Shown here one piece after another: positions 26,055-38,280 of a stretch of DNA of 64,000 bases (positions are counted from its first letter, which is position 1; each line of letters begins with the position of its first letter). Position numbers and translations under genes: made by a program. The notes beneath the pieces are model-generated. The model worked only from the letters and a program-made list of their open reading frames with translations, was not told the origin of the DNA and made no database searches. Source of the DNA: Octopus bimaculoides (lineage: Eukaryota); contig NC_068997.1 of assembly GCF_001194135.2 (NCBI RefSeq), positions 56,184,303-56,248,302 of the forward strand, given 5' to 3'.

Positions 26055-26195
26055 CACTTCTATATTTAAGAGATGAGGAATTATGTACACTATTTACATT
26101 ATTTACATTTTGACGGATATTTGTCCTCATCTTGTTTGTTGATAACACACATTTTTGGCTGATATACCCTCTAGTCTTCATTAGGTGTCTTGAGG
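26055..26195 (-). mobile_element. Second copy of the Penelope-like hammerhead repeat (core decayed)
   Basis: Collinear with 18110-18250. The core reads CTAATGA...CAGCC-AAAA instead of CTGATGA...GAAA. Confidence 0.7.
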
Positions 26196-26256
26196 AAAAG
26201 AATATATACATATATATAAATATGTATATATGCATGGATATATTATTCCATAATGG

Positions 26257-26338
26257 TTACCTCTGATGAGTGCAAGTTTACATAATCGGATTGTTACCTA
26301 ACAATTCATTGAACCCCTAGTGTGAAACTGACTGGTAA
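26257..26338 (+). ncRNA. Decayed type I hammerhead motif with extended stem II
   Basis: TTACCT CTGATGA GTGC [46 nt including ATTGTT-ACCT-AACAAT hairpin] GTGT GAAA CTGACT GGTAA. Stem II and stem III changes fit CpG decay of GCGC/CCGG. Confidence 0.5.
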
Positions 26339-26394
26339 AATCAGCCATAATACATATGTAATACTGGGCACTTCAAATAATATATGTGTGTGTA

Positions 26395-26442
<48 letters not shown>

Positions 26443-26466
26443 AGATAAATAGAAAGACAGACAGAC

Positions 26467-26510
<44 letters not shown>

Positions 26511-28492
26511 GTATTTTCATATTGTTCTGTAATTATAGATACAATGGTAGACATTGAAAAAGATAGGTAGTAGACACATTGATGAAAATCACTGAAAAAG
26601 TTAACATAAAATGAAGAGAATTGTAACTTAACAACTGCAACTACATCCAATTTAATACAAAAGCTTGCTGCAACTTCAAACACAGTGAACCTGTGCTCCA
26701 AACTCTAACAAAAATAAAAGTAACCATCAATAAACTAAAGAGATAAGTGAATGAATCAACAACAGCCAAACAAAATGAAGGAAAGTAGCGAACATTCGTA
26801 TGTGCCTACTAACTTCACATGTTCACTAAATCACAAAAACAAAACTCAGTAATCTCAACTGTAACAATGGCTACACATCATCGCATTCAACAATAGCAAC
26901 ATCAAATAACATGGCTTTTATTCAAACAATAAGAAAACACCTTTAATATATATGTTTCTCAAATCCTGTATTCAAAAACCTATGATTGGAAAAATACCAA
27001 TATCTCGGCCATATTGGGAAAACAGAAAGGGAGGAGGAAAGAAAGAAAGAAAGAAAGAAGACAGTGAAGGACACACAGACAAAAACACTGATTCATTCCC
27101 TCTCCTCCACCCTCCTGAACCTTATCATTGTATTTACTGAAATGTTTACAAAAATAAAATATATAAAACATAAAAACGAAGCAAAAATGAATACCATCAC
27201 AAGTCACACAATCTGATAAATACTATAAATATTCTATAAACATGGAGGATACGAAGGGATCATGGTTGCCACATGTATACACATCAACATACATGGACAT
27301 GTATATGTATCTATCCATGCATATATGCACTTACATGGATCGCTTTATATTTATTTATAAATGTATGTTTATGTATATCTATGTATGCATGTGTATGTAT
27401 GTATGTGTGTGTACACACACACGTATGTATGCATGCACACACATACATATGTATGTATGCATGCTCACACACACCTCACATGGCAGAAGACAAGTTCACG
27501 TACGGTTGACAGAAAAAGCACTGCAAGGACCCATTCTCACCGAAGAGCTGTGAGATCAAATCTGACACCTAGGAAGAGCAAGCACAAGTGTAACCCTGGC
27601 CGACAAAGCCGTTCCAATAGAGGTGTCACCTCCTACGAACAGAACAGGATTGTAAAGGCACAAAGAAAATGAGAGCTACACAAGTTCAGAGCCAACTCTT
27701 TCTCTTCACAACAACAACAACAGCAACAACAGTGACAGCAACAAGAACAACAATATTTTGAACTATAGGAGCAAGGCCTATCTTCAAGACATTTAATCTT
27801 ATGCACTACCACTTCCATTAATCCACCAATCTGATGTCTGACATTTTACCAGTTCGCCACATGCATTTGAGCCACATGATACATGATGCCATTTGATATG
27901 AGCTTCCATACATTCTGTAGCAGCTGGATCAATCAATAATTTCTGAATTGGATTCGTGTTGATTTCAGTATAAATCTCAATTGGATGAAAGTGCCAATGA
28001 CAAGATGTTATATATACATATATACATATATTGATGTGTGTGTGTGTGTGTGTTGTATGAATGCTGTATATGTATAAGGAATGAGGAATATGTGAGTGAG
28101 CAATGCTGAATAATCTTCAAAACCATTAAGTATGTAACTAATACAAGATGCCAACACAAGAGAAACAAATTGGATCATCAACTTGCCTTGCTAATTGTTT
28201 GCTTTCACTCTATGGCTCTCGAAACCTTTCTCATACATATATTGGCACTAAATTGATTTAAGGCCTCTCATGGCTCGATACATTTATGTATTTATATATA
28301 TGTTCACCAATATAATGCTCTTATATGACACATTTTAAACATAGATTTAATATTCATCCATGGTGTGGATTTTAAAATTGTTGAGATAATGATACAATTG
28401 AAATATTCTTAAATGAATTAACTCCAAATGTTTCCAACATTAATATGATATCCAGATTAAAGCAGATAAAGGCCTACTGTTATCTATCTATC

Positions 28493-28537
<45 letters not shown>

Positions 28538-30746
28538 GTCTATCGATCTATCTATCTATCCATCTATTTATCAGTTTATTGTTTCATATATACATGTATG
28601 TATGTATGTGTGTGTGTGTATGTGTGTTTGTGTGTATTAGCTATTGCTGAACAGAAGCAGCCCTTGAAACGAATATCAATTAGCACATCTGACCAAACTT
28701 GGATGTTTTGCTTACAATGTTGTCAGCTGTGGTGGATGTCCTACAAAAATCATCTTGTGAAGCTGGCAAATGCTAAAAGCACCGAAATTCGGTTGGTTGA
28801 TTAAATTTCTTCAGCACCAACTGATGGCACCACTGCGTCATGTGATTTCAGCATATTGTGAATGACCAGCAGCAGGAACCAAGGCACCAAATGTGCCAGG
28901 CTGACAATCGGTCAAACCGACGAAGAACAACATTGGCCAAACAGTGAGGTTGTGAACAACTGGTGGTTTGTGTATAGATTAGTCATTTGATGAATTGTTG
29001 GCACCTTTCAGGATCTCTTGTCTACAAAAGAGATATTTTAGAGACATTTACCATTTTAAAGACGTTCACCACAGAATATGGCATTGAAAACAACACATCC
29101 AGTGTAGGTTGGAATTACTAAATGATATGAATATAGAAATCACCCTCTACCCTGTCCCTGTCTCTGTTCCCTTCATTTTCTCCAATGTCAGAAGAAGAAA
29201 GGAAAAATGAAAAGAATTGATGTTTTTTTTTAATTTTTATTTTTAAATGAGTTTAGATGAAATTTTAAAATCTTGAGTTATGTCAGGCAAAAACGTCTGC
29301 AAAGAGGGTGAAATAGTGCTATCCATGGTTACAAGTGACTTTATGGACTTTGTCTCATGAAAAAAATAAAAGAATTATGTGGAAATATATGTAGGCTCTT
29401 GTCACTCTTTGATTTCTCAACATAATACAATTAAAATTCAAAATGATTCTCTCCACCCCCCACCCCCCCATAAGCAGCATGCCTATCTAAATATTTCATT
29501 TCATACAAATAAATAGGAATATGTTGTCCAGCATAAAATTTCTGTACATATCCCTTCTTTTTATATTTTTCTCTACAATTCGCCACGAGAAAAATTTAAG
29601 TTTTTCCTATTGAACTTATTATAAATATATATCAATATATAAACCAGATTCCATTGAATAATTGTCTGCTTGTTTTTAATGTTTGGTGGTTTGTTTTCGT
29701 GTTGTTTATTCTTTGTTTTATTTTGATGTTCCTTACGTGGCTTATACAGGTTCTTAGGCAAAATATCTAATCTCAAGTGGAGTTATTGGATTAAATATGA
29801 TTTTATTCTTATAATCCACAAGAAATTATAGTTTAGCGTGGCCATGTTACCGTTTTAAGGCTGATTATATTACAACAATATTGACTTTTAGGTTGATCTC
29901 TTTGACACAAAATATTTTTCCAACACTTCTGTTTCCTACATAGCAGATGATCCACATCATATTTTCTTTTATGGAACCCTACAACTTAACCGTTTCTTTC
30001 CATGTGTCTCTTCCAACAGAATCACACTGAAATTTATTCTTTTATAAAAATACATTTAGTCAGAAGAGATGGGTCAGTGTTTCAGATATCAGAAATCTTC
30101 TGAACTAACACTAAAAATTCATTGATGAAACTGAAAGTACAATAATTAGTTTATCATGAACTGTTGAACATCTTATACAATGTTAAACCTTCAGTAAAAA
30201 CAGCCATACCTTTGTGATTTTCCCCAGATGCTGGAAATAACAAAGATAGAGATATTTATATGTAGAAAGGTATATATTTATAAAAGAACATCAAGTGCAG
30301 TTTATTAAAAAATTGAATTTTAATGTGGAGACAAAACTATATCACTCAGGGTCCCTTGAAGGTATGGAAATAACTTGTATGCATGATGTATAGTCAGACA
30401 GGTATATTGCTTATTGGGAAGAATTATAATCAAAGCATTATTATTTTGTTTCGTGTGAAATTTGGTGAAGAAATTAATATTAGAGAATGGACAAATATAA
30501 TGGCATTGAGAATAATAGAATTTCTCTGTCTGAGTTTGGATATAAATATATTGGAATGTATTGATTGACTGATTGATACAGGTATCATATGTGAGTATGC
30601 TTAACAGTAATAGCAATGAGCAGTGTGTCAATGGGAAGCAGTTATATGTTTGCATGTATACGTGTGTGTGTATATGTGTGCGTGTGTTTGAGAGTGTGTG
30701 TGTGTGTATGTATGTATGTATGTATGTATGTATGCATGCATGCATG

Positions 30747-30784
<38 letters not shown>

Positions 30785-31701
30785 GGTGTGTGTGTGTATT
30801 GTTATAATTAATGTTTAGGTTTAAATTTAACATTCAAACTGCATTTTGGGTATGTCCCTGGTAATAGGCTGGCAAAGCACATTCACTGCTTTTGGCTGCC
30901 TGGTGTCATCCACAGTAATTGCAGCAATCATTGCTGGATCTCTATCAGGAATTCCATAGTGTACGTTGAGTGTAGTAGAAACAGATGATATGGAAGATAG
31001 AATATACTGGAAACTTTATTTATCACAACAGTTGTTTCGACACATCCTGCACTACTCTCTTGTGGGTGGGAATATATATATATACTCACACATATCTGTA
31101 TATATATGAGTGTATATATATATGTGTGTGTGTGTGAGATGCATAATATATATGCTTGATGTGTCATAAAGCAACAGGCAAAATAAAGTTTAATATTTTT
31201 TTTTTGAAACACAAAATATTCAAATAACACAAACCAAAACGTGCTTAAATTCTTGGCCAAATCTACCCACAGCATTCCATGCCGAAGAAAGTTGAAAAAC
31301 AAAATTATCCAAAATTTAAAATTCAAAATTTTGTTGATGTGAAGCTGGTGCCCCCACCCCTCACCCCGTGAAAAAATATCAGTCAATATTGGTGAACTAT
31401 TTTGTATAAAAATTCTCTTGACAAGGAACCATTTCTTAGAAGAAATACAATTTCATAACATTATCAGCAGACAATGTAGACAAATAAATAAAGATAAATA
31501 AATATGAATAAACAAATAAAGTTACTTTAACTCACACTTACCACCAATGTATTTTTCTGACTGGCAAATTTTGAATTTTCTATAATTTTCTGTTCTGTGT
31601 CTGCTTCTTGTTCACTACAATTCAAAGATTCTATTAGGAATGAAGTGACATTTTGGTCCAAATTATTTCAATAACTCACTTTCTATAAGTATGTGTGTAT
31701 A

Positions 31702-31732
<31 letters not shown>

Positions 31733-31864
31733 ACAGTAACTGTCAAAGTTACATCTTTAGTTTCTATGATACCCTCTCATCCATAACCTTATTGCTCGTC
31801 TCTCCATTCTCTCCTTTTCTCATTCCATTTGTGTGTGTATATATGTATGTATGTATATATATAT

Positions 31865-31990
31865 AGTTGAAATTTACAGAAAAACAAAAGACGAAGACAG
31901 GTGTATAATCAACAAACAGGTGTATTAGTTTAACGCTTGGGAAGGTGAGAAAATTTTTTACGTATTGCTCTTCAACAAAAAGGAACATGA
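31865..31990. mobile_element. Short dispersed repeat (family of 35953-36115), hammerhead partly deleted
   Basis: TATAGTTGAAATTTACAGAAAAACAAAAGACGAAGACAGGTG...GCTCTTCAACA. It lacks the TTCGAGCC segment present at 36055-36062. A third, shorter copy lies at 49633-49690. Confidence 0.75.
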
Positions 31991-32426
31991 TGAAGCTAGC
32001 GGTCAATCATGTATGTATATATTATGTATATATGTACTTACCTGTACGTACACACACACGTTTGGTGATGCTAAGAAAAAAATAGAAGTCAAAACACAAG
32101 GAAATATACATTTTTTATTAATAATATATTTTATAGCTCCCGGATTTGTGCCTAGTTCACTAAATGTTAATAAACGAAACTATCAGGCCTTGAGTCACTT
32201 GGTTACTTCTGCTAAATACTAATGAAATATTTACACACATACACACACGCTCACTGACATGCACAAACACTCACACACATACACACACACACACACTCAC
32301 ATTCAAACACACACATGCATGCACACACACACATTTACACACACATATGTACGCACACACACCCAAACATACACATAGATAGTCAAACGTACATGCATAC
32401 ATGTAGTACACAGACACGCTTATTTG

Positions 32427-32488
<62 letters not shown>

Positions 32489-33192
32489 AGTTTGTATGTG
32501 AATATGTATATTATTTATTTACAGTGGACACTTTTCTATTTAGCTTCCATTTACCTCAAATTTCATGTTTTTCTTGCTGCAGAAGGAACCCCAAAAAACT
32601 TCTGNNNNNNNNNNCACACCACCACACACACACACACACACACAGATGAACACACATAATCACATGCCTAGCCATCCGCATACACATGCACATATATTCA
32701 GGCTGACAAATAGTCATAATGTATATATATATTTGTTCGAGTTTCTGTATCTGTGTATTTTTGTTTAGATACGTTTAGTTTTATTAGTCAGAAGCTGTTC
32801 AAAAACTGAAGCACTAACCCAATTGACTTCTATATTCATTTACTGTGTCTTAAAATATCTCTATATTAACCCAGGAGCTGACAGCAATATTACAAAATTG
32901 CCATGACACTTCTGTAAGTAATGCTGTGCATCGACACATTTAATTCTTTTAAGCTGACCCTCACGAACCTATCAATAGACTTGCTTATTTAGTTTTAAGA
33001 ACCAATTGCATTTTCGGTTGTCAGCAGAACCTTGCTTTTCAGCCTTTCTTATGTCAATGTAAATATACAAATACTGTGTATGTGTGAGGGAGAGAGAGAG
33101 TGAGAGAGAGAGTGTGTGTGTGTGTAAATATATTATTTGATCAGCAGAAGTCACAAAGTGACTCAAAGGTCAAGAGTTTTGTGCATTGTTAG

Positions 33193-33234
<42 letters not shown>

Positions 33235-33256
33235 ATATAGGTGTGTATACATATAG

Positions 33257-33490
33257 GTGCAGGCATGGCTGTATGGTAGGAAGCTTGCTTCCCAACCACA
33301 TGGTTCTGGGTTCAGTCCCACTGCATAGTAACCTGGGCAATTGTCTTCTACTATAGCCTCGAACAGTCCAGTACCTTGTGAGTGGATTTGGTAGATGGAA
33401 ACTGAAAGAAGCCTATCGTATATATATGTGTGTGTCTTTATATTTATGCGTGTGTGTGTGTCTTTGTTTCTGTGTTTGTCACCCACCCCC
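33257..33490 (+). mobile_element. SINE family A (5' part)
   Basis: GCAGGCATGGCTGTATGGTAGGAAGCTTGCTTCCCAACCACATGG...GGAAACTGAAAGAAGCC. Confidence 0.85.
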
Positions 33491-35524
33491 ATCACTTTCC
33501 AAATAACTTCCTATTTTTTAATCAGAATGACCAAGGGAAACAATCTTTATCATTAGGATATCAATTTGTTCTTGTTTTCGTTTTCTTGTTTTTTCAAGCT
33601 TCCTGTCTTTTCTGCTCTGTACACTTAAGTAGACAAGTTGCTGTATTTGTTTAAGAAACAAAACAAATAAAAATGTGTAAGAAAATATAACCAGTGCTTT
33701 CAGACATAATTTGTTCCACACTTACTAAAATATGTTTAGAAATAACATTATTTTACATATTCTTTGGGGGTTCTAAAACATCATTGTTTTCAAGATTTCT
33801 CAGCATATTCTGTTTTCCTAAAATCTTTTGGAACATACAGAATGCCTATGGAGATACGTTCTTAGAAATATTCTTAAAATATACGACAGGATGCCTTCAA
33901 TACATATTCAACCAAAAATGTCAACCAAATATATTTCAGCAGAGTCTAATTTTTTGCCAAAACTGCTTCATTTCTTATCATTGTTTTTATGGTAAATGCA
34001 AATTTCTTGTTTCAAGAATGATTGTAGGTCTTTGATCAAATGTTAAGCAACTTGGTTCCATGTTAATGGTTGATTTAAAGACTAACTGAAGAAGCATTAG
34101 CGAAAATTACAGAAAAATCTGGATATACTGATTAAGAACTTCAAATATTTTAATATTTGTTAGATATGTCTGCTCAAAAATCACTCGTGAAGTTTTGTAG
34201 GGTCTTAATAACTGGTGGTGTTTGATGGAGGCAAGAAGTCCCTATTCATGAGTCTATAGATTAGAAAGCTATACTTCAGGATCAAGTTAGCATCAGATTA
34301 GATAACCAAAAGTCATGTTTACAATGGTATGCAACCATTCAAGGTACCCCTTCAAGGCACCTGTTCTAGGCACCCATACATTCTTTTTCCTCCTTTGAAC
34401 AAGCCACAGAAAGACAGAAGACATATGAGTTTGAAGTCCTATTTTTGATATGGAGTCAGAAACCATTTTTACAATCTTGAAAACTGGTGATAGGAAGGCA
34501 GGACGGAACCAGATCCTGATCTTACCTTTATACTTAACCCAGTGGTGCTCTAGTTCTGTTAAATGTATCCAGGTGTCAGAGGATAGTGTTGAATAAGCAG
34601 CGAGTTAAGGGTTCCTTACCATTTCTTTGTTTATATTTCTACTTCTCTGTTCTGGCAAAGGCTGAATGAAGCTTTTTAAGGTGGTGCTTTATGGCTGGAT
34701 GCCCTTCTTGATACCAACTCTTTTAATTGCCTTTAAGGGCACACAATTTGTTCTCTAAATGTACAGATACAATGTATGTATAAGTAAGAACCAGGAAGCA
34801 CATAGGCCTGACAGATGAAGTCAATCAGCCTCGGACGATCAATATTAGTTTCAGATATTTTTATAGCAACAAGTTCCCATAATGTCCAATTAATAAACAT
34901 TTAAAACAACTTTAAAAGACTGAATAGAAAGAATCTTATCTATTATTTCTCACTGATCAAACAATCTGAGTTTCTTCATTTTCCACCTTATTTATTCGCT
35001 TGAATGTCTAATCACTTCATTTCACTCTCTAATGCTGTTTCTCTGTCTATTATGTAGATTTCACTGTTTTCCCATCAGTTTTGTTTGTCTGTGGATTCCA
35101 AGACCATAATCAGCATTAGGAAACAATCTACCAATGACTTATTGATTACTTCACCTCGCTATATTCTCTAAGAGTAATCAAACTACTTTGTTATTGTCCA
35201 AAGGAAAATTATTTTGCTTATCTTCCGCTTTCTTCTCAAACCAATATCTACATTAGACCCAAGACTGGCCCCTTTTCAGGGAAGGAAACCTTCAATCATA
35301 TCAACTCCAATGTCATTTATTTTATTAACCTTGCAAGGATGAGAAATAAAACATTGGATTTGTTCAAAAGTCCACAGATGAATTAACTACATTCAGGTAT
35401 TATTTTCTGGACCATTGACCATATATTTTATCCTGCAGGTATTGGGTGATAACTAATACATACAAAACTGCATCTTGAGTTTGTTTTTGAATCTTGAACT
35501 GGCTGTCATAAAAACAGAGATAAA

Positions 35525-35550
35525 AACCCTAACCCTAACCCTAACCCTAA
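35525..35550. repeat. Interstitial telomere-like repeat (AACCCT)4, i.e. (TTAGGG)n on the minus strand
   Basis: AACCCTAACCCTAACCCTAACCCTAA, directly visible. Confidence 0.85.
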
Positions 35551-35952
35551 TTCTCTTATGTTGCAGTCAAGCTATGTTTACTTATTTACGATTAACTCCA
35601 TAATATATTGATATTTATTGTGAGTGAATTACTAGCATGTAAAAAAAAAGAGAAAACAAAAAGTAAAATAGCAGATAGTTATTTAGATATTCTCTTTTTT
35701 TTTTTGCTTAGATGTTCTAGACACATTCACACGTTGTTAAGAAGTATGTGAAACTATTTCTAATGCTAACACCTGAATTTGCAGGTCTATTCGACTAATT
35801 AAAATTCGATTGAGAAAATGATATACAAGATATACAATTATGTAAACAAGACTAAATGTTTCCTCTCTGGTGAATGTAGATGCATGTGTGTGTGTGTGTG
35901 TGTGTATGTTTGCATATATTCACACACACATATCTATCTATCTATCTATCTA

Positions 35953-36115
35953 TATAGTTGGAATTTACAAAAAAAAAGAAGACGAAGGTAGGTGTGTAAA
36001 CAAGAAACAGGTGTATTAGTTTAATGCTCGGGAAGGTGAGACAGTCTTTTACGTTTCGAGCCTACGCTCTTCAACAGAAAGGAACTCGAGAAAATAAACA
36101 GAGAGAGAATAAAAA
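35953..36115. mobile_element. Short non-coding dispersed repeat carrying a hammerhead variant (Penelope-like terminal repeat or retrozyme-like)
   Basis: Three copies in the window (31865, 35953, 49633), each starting immediately after a TA-rich microsatellite. Confidence 0.7.
36046..36081 (-). ncRNA. Minimal type I hammerhead motif with non-canonical CUGUUGA core
   Basis: CTTT CTGTTGA A GAGC GTAG GCTC GAAA CGT A AAAG: perfect 4-bp stems I and II, palindromic ACGT, GUA triplet, U in place of the conserved A6. Confidence 0.7.
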
Positions 36116-36594
36116 AGGCTTTAGGGGCTAGGTTCTGTCAACCAAACTTCATTCACAAACTTATGGCAGAAGATACTTGCTCAAGGTGGTACAAAGTGAG
36201 ATTGAACTCCTGTTCATCTGCTTTGAGAAGTAAACTTGTTAAGACCTGTGGAAAAAAAAAACCTATCAAAGGGGGTTGGCAGATTGTCAGCAGAATCTCT
36301 GTGAAGAATATTTTTAAGTCTTTGAGAAATATTGAAAAAGAAAGACGATGACAGTGTAATTCTCTTTGTAGCTTTCAGTCTATTATTATTATTGTTGTTA
36401 TGATTATTATTATTATTATTATTATTATTATTGTTATTATTGTTATTATTATCGTTGTTGTTGTTGTTGTTATCATTATTATTATTGTTGTTATCAGACT
36501 ACTGAAGATTATCTGACACATGTTTCAGTACATTGTAGGTCGAGAATGTTTGCAATATTTCATGGAGTTTTCAATCTTTCAATCAAAATGTGTG

Positions 36595-36635
<41 letters not shown>

Positions 36636-36642
36636 TTATCTA

Positions 36643-36709
<67 letters not shown>

Positions 36710-37749
36710 CAATATATATGTATATTTCAATATATATATATGTTGATGTATGTGTATGCACACATACATATACACATACTATACATATATACAAGCATAC
36801 ATACATATATATATATTTATTTACACACACGCACACACACTTCTTTATACCAGATATCTCTCTCTTTAATTATTTTATTTTCCTAGTTCTTTAGGACTAA
36901 CTTGTTGGAGATAAAAGTTTTTGCACTACAAAAGATAATCCAAGCATTTCATCTTTTGGCGTCCTTTATAAGTTTTTTTTTTTTTATTATGAATTTTGAA
37001 AAGCTTACTTTTAGGGATTGGCAAATATTTGGTAACTCTGCAAAGAACAAACTGGTTGATTTGCTGGAAAATTGAAAATAAAATACAAGATATAGAATAA
37101 AACAGCAACAAAACCCCCCAAAAGCAGTAAAATATGTCACTTTTTGTTTTTAAGCTCTTAAAGTGTGGCAGGAAGAGGGTAGCAAAAAGATTTTTATTTA
37201 TGTTCTATTTTCAGGGATTACCAATGCTTCTTATCTCCAACATTTTCAGTAAAGGTTCACATTCTGCAGCTTAGTGATGTCAATGATTAACATTTTCATC
37301 TCTGTTGTCTATTTTTGGTTTCATCTTCTTTCTCAAATTTTCAATCATTTTTCCTTTCAATTGTTTTTTTTTTCTTTTTTTTTTTTCAAAAATATTTTTT
37401 ACAAACTAAAATTCTACAGATAAAAGCTAATTGTCTTTTATTGTTTTTCTCCCTTCTTTACCAAACAAGAAAATTCCTCCATTGAAATTTGTTTGTTAGA
37501 AGTTGGAGTGAAATAATTTCTAAAAGACTTAAACTGCAACTGATCTAGAATCTAATCAGACCAAAAGAGAAGAATTAAAGGAATTCTGTTAAGGAAAGGG
37601 GTTAATTCCACCTTGCAGTATATTGCAGGAATTGTTTGAATTGCTTTTATATTTTGATATTGGTGAAGAGAAGAAGAGAAACGCCCATGGTCTATGTAGA
37701 ACCTTCCAGAAAGAAACAGTTGATCTTCAGCATTTGTAGGTCATTACAA

Positions 37750-38280
37750 ACTGGGTCTTGAGGAAGGGGCAAAGCCCCATGAACCCTTTAAGATTAGTGA
37801 GGTTGATGCTGTTAATGTTCTATTGAAACTGTTATAGGTCAACACTGATAGGAAAGACCTGAGCAAGAAGAAAATTCCAGAGGGATGTGGTTCTGGAGAA
37901 GGACTGGATGTAGGGGAGACAATTAAGGTGATTAGAAGAAGGAAGACTCTACACCTACCACTTTGAGGAACAGACGCCTTTATAGTAGTGGTTAAAATAG
38001 AGGGAAGAATGTAACTGTGGGGAAGTGTCTGAAGCATGGAGTATATCTGAGAAGTTTTATATCAGTCAGTTGAGAGGCTTTTCTTTTGAAGTGGTCAATG
38101 ATATCTATAGCTACAACACTATCCCAGATGGAGGAGTGAGATTCCCGTGTGTGCCACCATAAAGAATGTAGAATGTAAGCAATTGTTGGAAACCAAAATA
38201 TTTTCTGGTCCTGAAGTGTGGTCCAAGCAGTGTTAAAGATGAGCGAGGAGAGATCCTTGGTGATAATGAAGCGTAAACAT
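37750..38280 (-). mobile_element. Highly decayed CR1/L2-type RT relic
   Basis: Fragments DSVVAIDIIDHFKR (cf. VVALDISKAFDRV) and IKASVPQSG...FLLLI (cf. SGVPQGSVLGPTLFLLFI) occur in the expected order across frameshifts. It includes a 30-bp tandem duplication at about 38280-38340. Confidence 0.45.

Noticed and set aside
27478-27530. GCAGAAGACAAGTTCACGTACGG resembling the CPEB3/HDV-like ribozyme P2-L3 segment
   Set aside because: P3 cannot pair around TTCACGT, and I found no P1 or downstream P2 partner. The surrounding GC-richer 200 bp remains unassigned.
36490-36535. Minus-strand GAAACATGTGTC...CTGATAA as a type II hammerhead
   Set aside because: Stem I does not pair and the core is broken by a microsatellite.
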